Origin: Takakia lepidozioides
Lineage: Eukaryota > Plantae > Bryophyta
Direction: 5' to 3'
Length of the DNA stretch: 64,000 bases
NCBI GenBank assembly: GCA_030704615.1
Contig: CM060732.1
Location: forward strand, 43,400,001-43,464,000
In this document: in pieces, positions 34,801 through 47,657 of the stretch
How positions within the stretch are numbered: position 1 is the first letter of the stretch
How the letters are laid out: each line of letters starts with the position of its first letter
The notes under the pieces: generated by a model
What the model saw: only the letters and a program-made list of their open reading frames with translations
The model's database searches: none
What the model was told of the DNA's origin: nothing
Position numbers and translations under genes: made by a program

Positions 34801-37509
34801 TCTACTAGATTTCTTTGTGGTAATTTGTATCTCGTGTATCCCATTATGCACGGTTAATAACTGAGAATTCCAGTCATGGAATACCCTGGCCTGTTTCAGC
34901 CACGGACGTCCCATAATAAGGAGTAAGCCTCCATGACTTCATCCATTTTTAATACAGTTACTGTGATCATAAAGATCATTTTCTGTATCTGTATCTTAAC
35001 TCCTCTTATTAATCCCAATGGCTGCACACTTCTTTGATCTGCCATTGTTACTGTAAATGGGGCTGGTTTCATGTTACTTAGACCAAGCTTCTTCCTTAAT
35101 TGGTCTGTCATGATATTTACTCCAGAACCACCATCTATCAGTACATCAGTTAGTTCTGTGCTTCCAATTCTCAATTGGATTACTGGCATAGAATCATCAA
35201 AGTCCATGACTGGTTCTCGCCCTTCCGGCTTCACATTATAACTGGTCACCTTGCTGTTCAAGTCTGTGTTTCTTGTCTCTTGGGCAATTCGATTGATTGC
35301 CTGATACAGCCTGTGCCTACAATAAGGTGCCACAGCTAATAGCTGTCCAATGGTAATTTCTGCTTTGGTCTGACATATTACTGCAGCCAAAGTCTCTTCA
35401 TTACTTTGCATGTCTGCATCTTTTTTTTTTCTTTCTTCCTCACTCCCTTCTTTTTCTCCATCCGAATCAGAGGAATCTGCCACAGGAATATCAGTACTCT
35501 TTTGCATTTCCCTTATAGTATCTGCCACTTCCTTGTTTAGTTCCTTCTCATCTTTCCAAGTCTTCTGTAAACCGGGCGCTAGTACTGCAGCCAACTTTTT
35601 CATCATCAATTCCATCTTCTCCATATACTCTTCCACAGTTTCATGCTTCTTCTGCTTCAGCTGCTGTAAACTTCCATACACTTCATCCTCAGTTTTACTT
35701 GTCCTGAACCTATTTCGAAATGCTGTATTCAAGCCATTCCAGGTTAGGAAATGATTATCAGGGAATCTTGCATACCATTCACTTGCTTTCTTGATAAGTG
35801 AACAAGGAAACAGTCTCATTTTGGCATCATCGCCATTCTCATTGTTCACTATACACATGTGCTCAAATTGGCTAATGTGTACATCGGGATCCCCTTTTCC
35901 TGAATATATTGGAAAGGGTGGTTTTGCCCGTGTTGGTTGTAACGCCATCTGTGGCCCTACCTTCTGCCCACTGACAGGTGCTGGCACCCTTACTGGTGCT
36001 GGTCCTTCTGGACCTGTTGTTTTTTGTGGTGGATCTTCCACCAAGTGGTGGCCCTTGAGCACTCCTTGCTTCTGGTCCCACGATATTCACAGTATTCCCA
36101 GCTTCAGTTGCACTACTTCCCACACTCCCTGTCCCCCCAGAGCCAGATCCAGGCAGCCCGCCTGATCCCCTGAGCCGACACCTCCGTTGGTCTGTGATCC
36201 AAGTGCTCCACTTGATCCAAGTCCAACGGGTTGGGATGTCCTGGTTGTAGTCTCAACCTCAGCTGTTGGGTCTACTTCTTCATATTCTTCTTCTTCTAAT
36301 TTCTTCTCTCTGTTTTCATCCTCCAAGTTCTGCCCTTGGGTTTCTTCTTCACTCATGTAACTCAACTGTAATGGTGTTGGAGAGTCTGAACTCTCCGTTG
36401 GCTCTGCCACATCCTCTTCTCCTTCTTCATCTTCTGCTTCAGAAACTGGAGTTCCTGCTTTTGGTGTTCCATGCCAACTCTTATCAAAGATTTCTGTCAA
36501 GTCTTTTATCCAAGGATGTACCTCAGATCTTTCACCTCGTGATTGATCTTCTTCCTGTACCAATTCCCTTAATCTTTCTTGCAAAGAAACAGAAGGAGTG
36601 GCATCCAACTCTAGTTCTTCCGGTATAGGTGATGCACTCTTTGATCTTGATGGTGTGAGAGGTCCAGATGATTCTCCTATGTCTATTCCTCTCTCCCAAA
36701 GATATGGATAATTAGCTTTCAGATAGCTTTCTCTTTTTGCTGAATATCTCTGTCGTCTAGCTTCTCTTTCATCACTCATGTCCCATGTCTTTCATTTCTT
36801 TTAATGTGGCAATAACCAAAACTCTCTTCTGTAATATCTCTCGTATATGCCTGGGTTTCTTTCAAGCTTCAATGCACCCTTGGCTATACTTGAAGTCTCC
36901 GTTACCATATAACCATATGGCAAACAAGTCTGAAAAGCTGTTCTTGGTGTGAGTTTGATCCACAAAATATCCTTTGGAATCCAATTCTTTACCAGTACAA
37001 GCTCTTCATGCATATGAGTATAAACATTCACCTTTCTTTCTTCCCAGCCTTCAAACTCTACTCGTTTAATGGATAGCAATGCTATCACATAAACCAATGT
37101 TGGTAACCAACGTGCTCTTCCTCTACAGGCTACCTGATAAATCTTTATCACTCCTTTCTCCAGACCCCATTCTGGATCAGCATCATGCACTCGTTTAAGA
37201 ATATTTTCTTTACAACCGTCTGGCAATTCCAAGAACCTTTGAAAGAATCGTTTGGACAATCTTTCTTCCTTCGTTCCACAGGGAATTTGATTCACTTCAA
37301 ATTCTTTAATGGTCCAACCACCATGATCCCACCAGATGCCTGTCACATCTGGTTGTTCATGTCCCAGGTCCCCAGTATGGTCGCCAAATGTCGCGCGGCT
37401 TTTACTCACCCATCCCTTCGCTATCCGAGGCGGAAACTCCAAGATAGAAGAGTTGGAAATCTCTAAGTACTCAGCCCGCGCAGAACAATCAGTCATGACC
37501 TACAGCTAG

Positions 37510-38330
37510 TGTATCATGGGGGTGTTTCCTATTTGTTTCCCTTTTCGCATTCATCTTAGCTACCTTACCATTGATAATTAAGTATTAGTTTGCTTCATCA
37601 ATCTATCGGTTTTCTTCACTCATCCATTCAATCCACAGCTTCACTCAGATATCTCTACACAGTGTGATTGTATCGTGTAAGTATCAGATTATGATTTATC
37701 AGGTATCAGGCCGAAGCCATTATGTCTCTAATCTGCTCTACAATATCACTACCGCTTTGCATATAACAAACATCTACTAATCCTCTTTCCTCCTTCACCG
37801 TGCTCTCCAGTTTTTTCCTCTGATCTCCGCTCCCACCTGACTAAGAAGTCCTCCTCCGAATCATCCCCTCAATTCCCCGTTTTTCCCTTTATCTTCCTAT
37901 CCGCAGTTCTAACCGTTTCCCTCACTAACCGTCGTCTGTGAACTAACATGTTCCCTTCGCAGGTGTTGTTCCCCACAGTCGTTCCCTGTCCTACTTTTCG
38001 TTCCCTATGATCGTGACAGCTGTGTCAAGCTGTGACTGGCTGTGTGAAACTGTGACGGGCTGTGACTGGCTGTGCGACTGTGTTTGGCTGTGTTTGGCTG
38101 TGTGGGCTGTGACGACTGTGACGGGCTGTGTTGGCTGTGTGGGCTGTGACGACTGTGACGGGCTGTGTTGGCTGTGACGACTGTGACGGGCTGTGTTGGT
38201 TGTGTGGGCTGTGACGACTGTGACGGGCTGTGTTGGCTGTGTGGGCTGTGACGACTGTGACGGGCTGTGTTGGCTGTGTGGGCTGTGACGACTGTGACGG
38301 GCTGTGTTGACTGTGTAACCCCCCTCTACA
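37510..38330 (-). repeat. Probable 5' LTR of Gypsy element 3
   Basis: TGTA...TACA ends with imperfect inverted G/C runs; no canonical PBS recognised; the inner boundary is provisional. Confidence 0.5.
38020..38315. repeat. Minisatellite within the LTR, ~37-bp unit CTGTGACGGGCTGTGTTGGCTGTGTGGGCTGTGACGA
   Basis: Directly visible tandem copies built from CTGTG subunits. Confidence 0.9.
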
Positions 38331-38719
38331 GTGCGCTGCTGTCACCCCTAAGGCTCCTGTTGGTCTCAGTCTGTGCAAAAATTAAGGGTACCCTACAGAT
38401 CCCGTATAAGTGTCTAAGTCCCCTACAGTCCTCTAACAAGGATGACGACTGGGAATTGGATTTCGTGGAACGTGTTTTAGCTTTCAGAGAATCAGGATGG
38501 AAGTACACGTTTACCCAAACACGGGAGTCCATGTTGAAGACGGGACCTCTCGGTACGCTCCGCAGTGAAGTCCTGCAGTGAGAAGAGTGTGTCCTACCTA
38601 ATAACACAAATGATTTTCTGGAGGATTCCATATCCAACAGGATGGGTGATCAGTGCACGTAAAGATGAAGGTATGTAACGTACGTTACAAAAACGGACGA
38701 CAACAACAAGTTCACATCG

Positions 38720-40280
38720 GATATTTGGTGCCTGAATTGTAATGTACAACCACTTGGGCTACAATAAATCAGGCCTTCCCATGAATTTCGGCACCGAAAT
38801 CTGGATGAACATCTCTGTCATGTAACAACTTTGGAAGCCAGGGGATGAATTTCGGCGACAGAAATAGTAATTTGTTCACCTCATGAAACTGACCAAGCAT
38901 CCAACGGATGGATTTCGGTGCCGAAATTCGGATGAACATCTTCTTCATCAAATTGTTTCTGCACATGAGGGTTGAATTTGGATGCCAAAATACAGATGAA
39001 TGTGTTCCTGATTACAGTCGTGATTCACCACGTGTCCGGATATCGCTGCCGACATCCGAATGACAGTAATCCTGAATCGACAGAATGGATGTATTTCGGC
39101 GCCGAAATTCATTCTTCATCTCCTTTTCCGACCCTAATTCTGCTGCCCTACGGATGGATTTCGGTGCCGAAATTCATCTGAAGTTTTTTTTTTTTTTTTT
39201 TTTTTCTTTGCGACAGATGAACTTCGGCGCCGAATCTCATCCAAGTTATCCCTTCTAATTTTCTTTTTTCTTCGCGAGCAATGAATTTCGGCGCCGAAAT
39301 TCAACCGACTCCATCCCTCCAAATTCTTTTCAGGGTTTGAGCGCCGGATTTCGGCGCCGAAATTCATCCAATGCCCTCCCTCCAATATTTATTTTTCTTT
39401 GAAATGGATGAATTTCGGCGCCGAAATTCATCCTTACTGTCCGCAATGAGTAACTCTAATATTACATTTTCTATGCGACGGATGAATTTCGGCGCCGAAA
39501 TTCGTCCAAACCCGACACTTACTTTTTGCTTCTGGATGATATAATTTTCCGTAAATCGTTGGAAATACCCCGTTCCGACGAAGATAACAGGAATATTCTG
39601 CATTTAATGGAGAAATCGGCATATTGAACCCATTCTGTCAAAATTAATTGTATTTTAGCCGTTTTTTCATTTGAAACCGACAGTATCCATTAAGTGGTCT
39701 TTTTCGCACGGGACGTTGCCGCACATAAAGTATAATTTCGGCGCCGAAATTATAGTTAAATGTCCAGAAATGGCAAGTCCAACAGGCATGGACAGCATCC
39801 GTCAGGGGCAATGATGGCGGCAAAGCATAGCATGGTGCCGATTTAGTCTTCACTCTGGATGAATTTCGGCGCCGAAATATGGATGATTTCACCTCGTCTA
39901 CGCGTGGACGGAGATATTCGTAATGAATTTCGGCGCCGAAATATGGATGAAATGTGCCCAAGTGCAGCCGTTTCCACTGTTCCGGAATTAATTCCGGCTC
40001 CGATATCCCACTGACAGGTTTGCTCATGACGAATGAGGACTTGTGAAGCGATGAATTGCGGCGCCGAAATTTGTAAGTTTGTGTACGAAAGCACTTGAAT
40101 AGGATGAATTTCGGCGCCGAAATTCATCCGTCCGCCGATGAAACGTACCGACCTGACTGTTGAATGTCATAGGCAGGGGATTTTCATGGCGGTTGGGTTT
40201 CATGATGTGCGGATATTTCATTCAATGTCGGCTGCTCCGGGAACAGCATCCGGTGAACGGAAGGTATTTCGGTGCCACAA
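38720..40280. repeat. Array B1 of the palindrome (GAT)GAATTTCGG-CG-CCGAAATTC(ATC), ~20 copies with non-repeating spacers
   Basis: Cores at 38786, 38850, 38913, 38977, 39041, 39094, 39159, 39222, 39286, 39349, 39413, 39487, 39736, 39864, 39928, 39992, 40056, 40109. Confidence 0.92.
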
Positions 40281-40569
40281 TTCGGATAAACCATCTTGTA
40301 TTGGTGGCTGGAACTGGCACGCGTCGTGTTCCAGTCGACTTCATCCGTGCGAACGTGTCAGGGGTCACAATCTCTTCATCACCCATACGGCAGAAAGTGG
40401 TGGACGGTGGCAACGCTTCGGGAGACGTGGCTGCTTACACATCTGCTCGTGTAAAGTGGTTGCATGTTCCACCGCTTCGCTCTCTCGCCCCTTGCCCTTC
40501 TGCAGTGACATTCTCCTGCGTTTCCTCTCCTTATGCGGCATAGTGGTAGCATAGAGTTTGTGGAAGGTC

Positions 40570-42449
40570 AGGTGACTCCGGCAACGAGAAGGAGGACGCG
40601 GGATTTTGGGAAGCCGCCGACGACACGACTTAAGCTCCGTCTCATGCATGAAATGTAGACCTCGTTATCCGGAGACTCGGATCGCCCACCAGTGAGAGAT
40701 TCGTGCTTTGCGGATGTGAAGCACTCCATACGCAATATTCCTTTTACACCTTTTTTTTTGCGTGCAGTGTCTCATGTTTTCCTGTTTGTTTGACATGGGA
40801 GCTGGGGAGGGATCGCAGGGGGGCGAAGCAACACAGTCAACTTTGGATACTCCTGCCCGGGTGCTGCGCTCGCAAGGTGGAAGTGCATCGAGGCAGGCGA
40901 GTCCTCATTCAACACCTCAGATATCGCCTCAGAAAAGCCCACCTAGAGTTCGGAAGTCGAGGAAGCAGAAGGAGCCCATGGCTTCGCCAGTAAAACCCCT
41001 AGGGAGACTGGAAGCAGAGATATTGGGTTTGCAGTCAATTTCAAAAAACACGGATGCGGTGGAGGCCGCTGGAGATGTGGGAGTTGGATCTGCAGAAGGG
41101 CGGCCCATTGAGCTGACAGAAGGAGAGGACGACAACGTGGTACGACTTGGCGACGATCAGAACCTGCTGGAGCTTGCGGAGGAGCAAAACCTCCAGGACA
41201 TTTCCTTCTCTGCAGACTCTTATCTTTCAGGCATTTTACTTCGTGAAGAAACATTAGAAATTCAAATTACGTGAAACAGGAAGACTTGTTGATTCCATAG
41301 TTGATCCACTGGAGTATAACGTCCTGTTCAACCATGTGGGAGAGAAGGACATTCTTTGTGATTTGTCGGGCAAGCCATGGAGGTATGGCAGGACCAGGAG
41401 TCCTGCATTCATCCCAGACGCTCATGGAAACATGTACGGATGTTGAAGGCAGGGTCCTCGACATCACTGCAAATACAGGTGAGAACGTTAATTGAATGCG
41501 GCACCAAAATTGACACCATTTCCGTTTGTGTATGTTTGCTTGTGCGAGGAAGCGACTCATTCTTGAGTTTGGTTGTGGTTGTGTCGTATGAATTTGCAGG
41601 TGCCTGTATGTGGGCGGGAAGGATGTCGAACCGATTTGTGTTCTCATTTGAGGGGGATACGTCCTTGTACGATTACAATTTGGCGGGCCTTCAGCGTTTG
41701 CCTCCGACTAAGGATCCCAAAAACGCAGAAGATGACGTGGAAGGGGAGGAGGAAGATGAAGAGGAGGAAGTCCAGGAAATTCGTTCGATGCAGGGGCGCC
41801 CGAAGCCGCTTCCCCCAATGCCTGTCTTCGAGTGAGTTGCACCATAGTAAGTGTATTGGTTTCGGTTGTAGGGACCATGCAACCTGCCGATGATTCCCTG
41901 TTTGAATTCTCTAATGTACTTCATTCTATGTTTGTGCGTACACTCAGCCTTGCAGAGTCGTCCGACGAGGAGAAGCTGGGAGACTTGCCCGAATCGGACC
42001 CTGTTGCAGAGGAAGAGACAGAATCGCATCGGCCATTCTTTGCCAGAAAATCGTTTCTCGCGAGTCCCCAGAAGCCTTTTTTTCTACCAGCCTATGCAGA
42101 CACGGTTGCCAGAGAAGCCATCAGCAGGGAGGATAGGCCTACTCGGTTAGAGCAATTGACATACGGGAATGAGCAGAGAATTATAATGAGGCGTGAGGCC
42201 AAACATAGAATTGTGAAAGGCAGAGTAGGGAAGTTCGTAATAGAATCCGCGTCCGAGAGCGAGGGGAATGTTGAGGACACTTCCGCACCCAGGTGGACAG
42301 TTCCGGCTGGTGAGGATGGTATTTTTGAGGGGAGGGCTTCTCAGAGTAACAGCGGTAGCGGCAGTGCAGGTTCGGAGGCAGGTGGAAGGCAGCCATCCTT
42401 GCATGAGGCCGGGGATGCATCGGACAGTGATAGCGGATCCTCACCATAG
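40570..42449 (+). pseudogene. Element B cargo gene remnant: N-terminal exons joined at ~41200 to the C-terminal MTase exons (ParB and central exons deleted)
   Basis: DPLEYNVLFNHV..PWRYGRTRSPAFI..QTLMETCTDVEGRVLDITANTG; ACMWAGR..FSFEGD; last exon PFFARKSFLASP..LPAYA..RWTVPAGEDGIFE matches 6915-7412. Confidence 0.8.
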
Positions 42450-42694
42450 CAAAGTCTCATTTGGATTCTTTTGTTGTACAGTTCTGAAACACTTAATGAA
42501 AATATTGACGATTTGAAAAATCATTGTGTTCAGACTGCTTGTCCGATTCCCTACATTTCTTCCGCCAACCAAAATGTATAATAAAAGCAGAAGAGACGCA
42601 AACTTCATTGAAGAACCCTACAAGTAATTTATGCACACCATCGAGCCGAGAACTTGAAGCCATGAAAACCCTGCCGTTTCTAACATTCCTATTG

Positions 42695-42980
42695 GGAAAT
42701 TTGGCGCCGAAATAGCCCAATGCGCGCCTTCGTTATATGGGCCTCAAAAATTCCACGGATGAATTACTGTACCAAAATATCGCGATGGAAGCCTTCAGCA
42801 CAAGGCACTTCAGCACATTCCACTTGGGTATTTCGGCGCCCAAATAGCCCGTTCTGCGCCATTAAATACCGCACTATATCACATTTTAAGAGGTAATTTC
42901 GGTGCCGAAATACCCCGGTGGATGTCTTCAAAACACCATTTTAGCACACTGCTCTTGGGAATAATGGCGCCGAAATACCT
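42695..42980. repeat. Array B2: five degenerate copies of the B palindrome, ~65-bp spacing, downstream of the cargo gene
   Basis: TTGGCGCCGAAAT ~42700, TTTCGGCGCCCAAAT 42831, TTTCGGTGCCGAAAT 42897, ATGGCGCCGAAAT ~42964, plus a very degenerate copy at ~42764. Confidence 0.75.
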
Positions 42981-43133
42981 CATTCCGCATCCTGGACCAG
43001 GAGAAACAGACCCTATTACCGAGGTAAGAGGACATAACACCGTCAATAAAGGCAGGAAAATTCCAATTCCGCGGATGTCCGCTCATGAGCTCATAGGCTC
43101 ATGGGCTCATGGGCTCATGCGCTCATGAAATAG

Positions 43134-45490
43134 TAAACCTCAACTCTCTGTTCCAGAAATATTTGGGGAAGATGGTTTTAGTCTACATGGATGATATACT
43201 AATATACTCGAAGTCTGAGGAAGAACATGAACTGCATTTACGCTTGGTTTTAGACATACTAAGAGAGAACCACCTGTTTGCTAAGAGAAGCAAGTGTGAG
43301 TTCTTTGTAGACCACATGGATTACTTGGGATTTTGTATTTCCAAAGATGGAATTTCAATTGATCCTAAGAAAGTCCAGACAGTGGTTGAATGGCCTAAAC
43401 CAAGTGATAAGACTGAGGTCAGGAGCTTTATTGGGTTTGCTAGCTTCCTACGGAAGTTTGTTAAATCTTTTTCACAGATTGCAACCCCATTGACTGACCT
43501 GCTTAAGGACTCGAGTCCTGTAAGCTTGAAAGATGTTTGGACAAGAGATTGTGATAACAGTTTCGAGAAGTTGAAGTATGCCTTAACACATGCTCCTGTA
43601 CTGAAATTGCTCGATCCTACGAAGGGAGCAATAGTACTGTGTACTGATGCAAGTGATCTTGCTATTGGAGCTGTGCTGATGCAAGATGGGCAAGTGATTG
43701 CCTATGAATCTCGAAAGATCAGTCCAGCAGAAAAGAATTATCCCACTCATGAAAAGGAACTATTGGCAATAGTTCATGCTCTGAAGATATGGAGGCATTA
43801 CCTGCTTCCAGTTGATTTTGTGATAGAGACTGACCATCAGAGTTTAAAATATTTGACCACGCAACCTCATTTGAGTCAGAGGCAGATCAGGTGGTCAGAA
43901 CTGCTTCAGCAGTTCCATTATGACCTAAAGTATGTCAAAGGGAGAGAAAATGTGAATGCTGATGCACTTTCTAGGAGACCATTACACGTTAATGTTGTCT
44001 CATGCGTCAGTAGCACTATATTTCAAGACATTAAAGGTCAGTATGAGGTCGATGAATTCTTCAAAGAGCCATTAAAGAGTTTGTCTTGTGATCAGAGAAC
44101 TTCTATTGAGAAAGAGAAGTACCGGCCATACCTCTTGAGAGATGGGGTGTTATTTTATAATGGTCGGCTTTGTGTTCCCCTGATTCCAGACTTGAGATTG
44201 CGCATTATTCATGACAGTCACAATATTCCAATCTCTGGACACCCGGGCTTTCAGAGAACCTATTGGTCAATACGGAAGCACTATTTTTGGCCGGGTATGA
44301 AGAGAGAAATTAAAGAATATGTGCAGAAATGTTTCCCATGTCAGGTTTCGAAGTCAGAGAGAGTCAGACCTCCTGGATTATTACAACCATTATCTGTTCC
44401 TGGATGGAATTGGGAGTCCATTAGTATGGATTTCATTGTGGCATTGCCCAGGACCAGAAGTGGCCATGACAGTATCATGGTGGTTGTAGATAGGCTGTCT
44501 AAGATAGCCCACTTGATACCTTCAAGGATGAGTGCTACGACATCTGATGTTGCATCCTTGTACATGAAAGAGATATTCAGGATCCATGGTCTGCCTTGGG
44601 AGATTATTTGTGACAGGGACTCCAAGTTCACAAGTCATTTTTGGATTGACTTGTTTAAGAAATTGGGAACCAAGGTGAAATTGAGTACGGCCTTTCACCC
44701 AGAAACAGATGCCCAAACAGAAAGGACCAACCGTACAATTGAAGATATGTTGAGAATGTACGTTGGTGAAAGACAGTCCTCTTGGGAACAATATCTGTAT
44801 ATGGTGGAATTTGCTTATAACAAGCATTTCCACAGTGCCATTGGCATGAGCCCATTTGAAGCTTTATATGGACGAGATTGCTTGGCTCCTGCTTCGCTTA
44901 TTACACCACCATCAAATGTGCAGAGTGTAAATGACAGAATCAAACAGATCCACTTTGTCCTAGATCTGGTGAAGCGTAGTATGCAGGCTGCACAAGAAAG
45001 GGCAAAGTTCTTTGCTGATAAGCACAGGACTTTTCGTGAATTTGCCATTGGTGATATGGTGTTTTTGAAAGTTACACCTAAAAGAAGCAATCTAACACTT
45101 GGCAATCTAACACCAAGATTTTGTGGCCCGTTTAAAATCCTGGAACGCCATGGCACAGTGGCCTATGAGTTGGATCTGCCTCCAACATGGAAGATCCATA
45201 AAACTTTCCATGTCAGTCTTCTTCGGAGGTATATGTCGGACTCATCACACATCTTGCCGACGTTGCCTCGAGCCATGAATGATGGTCAGCTGATGGCTGA
45301 ACCCGAAAAGATTCTAGAAACGCGAGTAAAGCACCTGTGCAACCGTTCTTGGAAAGAACATTTGATTAAGTGGTTGCATTACCCAGAGACAGAAGCTACT
45401 TGGGAGAAGGAAAATGAATTGACATTGAGTTACCCCTCATTTTCTGTCATTGAGGACAATGACCTGTCTTTGGGAGGGGGAGTTTGTTAG
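43134..45490 (+). CDS. Chromovirus (Ty3/Gypsy) pol, 3' part: RT C-terminus, RNase H, integrase, chromodomain
   Basis: YMDDILIYS; TDASD..TDHQSL; GHPG..C..C; SMDFI, DRD, QTER; GPF; chromodomain EPEKILETR..HLIKWLHYPETEATWE. Confidence 0.95.
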
Positions 45491-45900
45491 GTGCCTTGAA
45501 CAAAGATCGAGACCTGTCGACCAGTTTGGCGAAGCAAGTGACTGCTAGAAGACCGCCGAACTGACAGTTGCAGGTCGAATGGAGCAGGCTCGTGTTCACG
45601 AACAGATCCACGATTAGGGATTTAAGAAAGTAGGCTTGGAGATGGCAAGTGTGGAGAAGATGAGGATGATGTTGTACTGGCGGCTAGAGCAGATCTGCTC
45701 TCGACAGGAAATCAGACTGAGCATGGCGTGGTGGTTGGGTGGACCGGATGCTGTAACCGGTGCTGTGCTTACAGAGTTGTAAGTCGATGTTAGAGTAGAC
45801 ATCACAGGCCTTTGTTCGTCTGCAGCAGCAGCAGGGGCTATGATCTCTCTTTTGTACAGAGCGGTGGTGTAAATACTATGACTAAGGTCTCACAAGTGCT
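45470..45900 (+). repeat. PPT and start of the chromovirus 3' LTR (right end not resolved)
   Basis: GGGAGGGGGAG followed by TGTTAGG at 45485. Confidence 0.65.
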
Positions 45901-46213
45901 GATTTGAAAAGGGGCAGTTTAGAGTTGATTCTAGTCACTGTTTGTGAATACACTTCTGTGAAGAACAGGGCTGAACTATCTTTGGACTGGAGTGATCTCT
46001 GTTACGATCTGAACCAAAGAATTGTGACTGGAATAAGAGAGGCTGATTACCAGGGATCCATACTGGGTTTGGATTGAGTTGAGGCCCTATGATTATGAAG
46101 AGACAAGTGCCTTGGAAATGTTGTTGATTTGGTAAATACCCTGTGAACAGCAAAACAAGTAGAGTGCCTGAAATTGGTCATGTTGGACATAGGAAAGAGT
46201 GTCAGACCCCTTA

Positions 46214-46424
46214 CATCGGGTCTCTTGGGGGGCAGAAAGCAGCAGTCTAGTGGACGATCGTTGTCCATTATAGGTTTGCACCTGGTCAAGTCTGGGCCTA
46301 GTACCGGAGCGGCATGCACAGTGTGTATCTTCCTACTACACCACGCCATAGACACTAGCAGAATCGCCCACAGCAATTTCTGTGTGCCCCATCCACATCC
46401 TGGATGCAGTCCTTCCCTACCCAT
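46214..46424 (-). pseudogene. Polyphenol-oxidase-like first exon (signal peptide plus Cys-containing N-terminus); remainder not seen
   Basis: Hydrophobic leader followed by APVLGPDLTRC..DCCFLPP, resembling the PPO N-terminal APxxxPDLxxC..CCPP; possible GTAAGG donor at ~46213. Confidence 0.55.
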
Positions 46425-46849
46425 AGTTGTTGCCCTCGAATCCAGAGACTAACTAAGATATCAGCTGGACTCTATAGAGCAATGCCTCGAACTTATAATT
46501 CGGATTCTCCTTGAAGGTGCAAAGTTTGGAGATAGCCATCCAGTGCAAACAGCTCAGGAAACAGCAACTGCTCCGATTGTGCGTGATTGATGTACCATAA
46601 GAGAGCCCCGGTAGATGACGATGACCACTGGAGTTTCCAGAGCATTGTTTACGATGTGTGTGGGCTGACGCACTGACTTAACTTAGGAGGAGCTCGTCTT
46701 ACTCGTTTTGCTGATTTTCTGGACATTAAAAGGCTGCAGACACTCTCGAGGCACCGTAGGCAAACACGTGAACGATCTTATTACTTTCTGAGACCAACAC
46801 GAGGCGCCCGTTTCAGCATATTTACGGCTGAGATGTGAGTCCATCTTAT

Positions 46850-47657
46850 CCCTCAAGTTCCCAAGCCCTTTTTTGACTTTTTACCAATTTTGGGTACCCA
46901 GCTGCAGTAAATTGCCCTACCAAAAATCATCCAAAGATTCCAGCCTTATAGCAATGGGCCCAGCTCATTTATGCATGACATACCAAAAAGGAGCCAAGTC
47001 CACCGTGGAAATTGTGAGATTATAACGTTGGCCCGGACCTCAAATATCATGTCCCAAAGAAAAAGTGAGAAAGAAATTAGTTTGACCAAATCAAAACCTA
47101 GCTTTATCCAATTTTGCTTGCCCCAAGACCCACCATTTCCAATAGTGGAGTGATATGACCCCACTAAATTGCAGGTCCAATTGATTTTTTCACCTATGGT
47201 TGCTATGCATGCAATTACATGGGGGTTGAAATCTCAAAATTGACAAGAGAAAATGTGCCTCCAAATGAAGTACTTTTTTTTTCTACAAATTTTTAAAAAG
47301 CCAATGGTGGATGTGTGTATGTAATGCTCACACACCACAAGGTGAAGTGCTTTTTCCAAAATTGCTAATTTTCTGCCAAAAATGGCCTTTGGAGTGCAAT
47401 CTGTTTTGGGCTTGTTTACCTGCCACGTCAGCGGTCGACAAGCCCTTTTCAGGCCCAAAACGTAAATGAGAGATCTAAGATATTTTTTGTAGGTCCAAGT
47501 TTTTTTTTTTTTTAGTTTTGTTTTTTGCATCATACTCAGAGACAAATCCCTTGTCATTAAAGCTTCGGGAGTGGGCCCCATCAGATTAGATCTACAAAAA
47601 TTAGGTCAAACTGCAAATTCAAAGTGATCCGATTCCGGTCGCTTGGGAACTTAAGGG
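46850..47657. mobile_element. Non-autonomous TIR element (808 bp), piggyBac-like ends
   Basis: 17-bp TIR CCCTCAAGTTCCCAAGC / GCTTGGGAACTTAAGGG (1 mismatch); TTAT duplicated at 46846-46849 and 47658-47661. Confidence 0.85.

Larger units (their letters stand above)
31847..38330 (-). mobile_element. Ty3/Gypsy element 3 (different family), degenerate, 3'-truncated in the integrase
   Basis: Starts TGTAGAGGGGG at 38330; extra ORF 36801-37496; gag/protease (LIDGGSGVN) 34896-36062; RT (MPFVLCNAPATFQ, FLDD) ~33668-34914; integrase (GLDFVGP, SDQGSH, NGQAE) 31847-32668; many frameshifts. Confidence 0.9.
38331..43133 (+). mobile_element. Element B: internally deleted relative of element A in the opposite orientation, abutting the RT of a chromovirus
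   Basis: Own palindrome array, cargo gene remnant homologous to A, and terminal motif (GCTCATG)n..GAAATAG ending at 43133. Confidence 0.75.

Noticed and set aside
3313-43133. One 40-kb element bounded by inverted CTATTTCATGAGC ends
   Set aside because: No target-site duplication (GGGGGCTG versus TAAACCTC); the flanks are different TEs; each end lies downstream of its own diverged cargo gene, so these are the same end of two elements.
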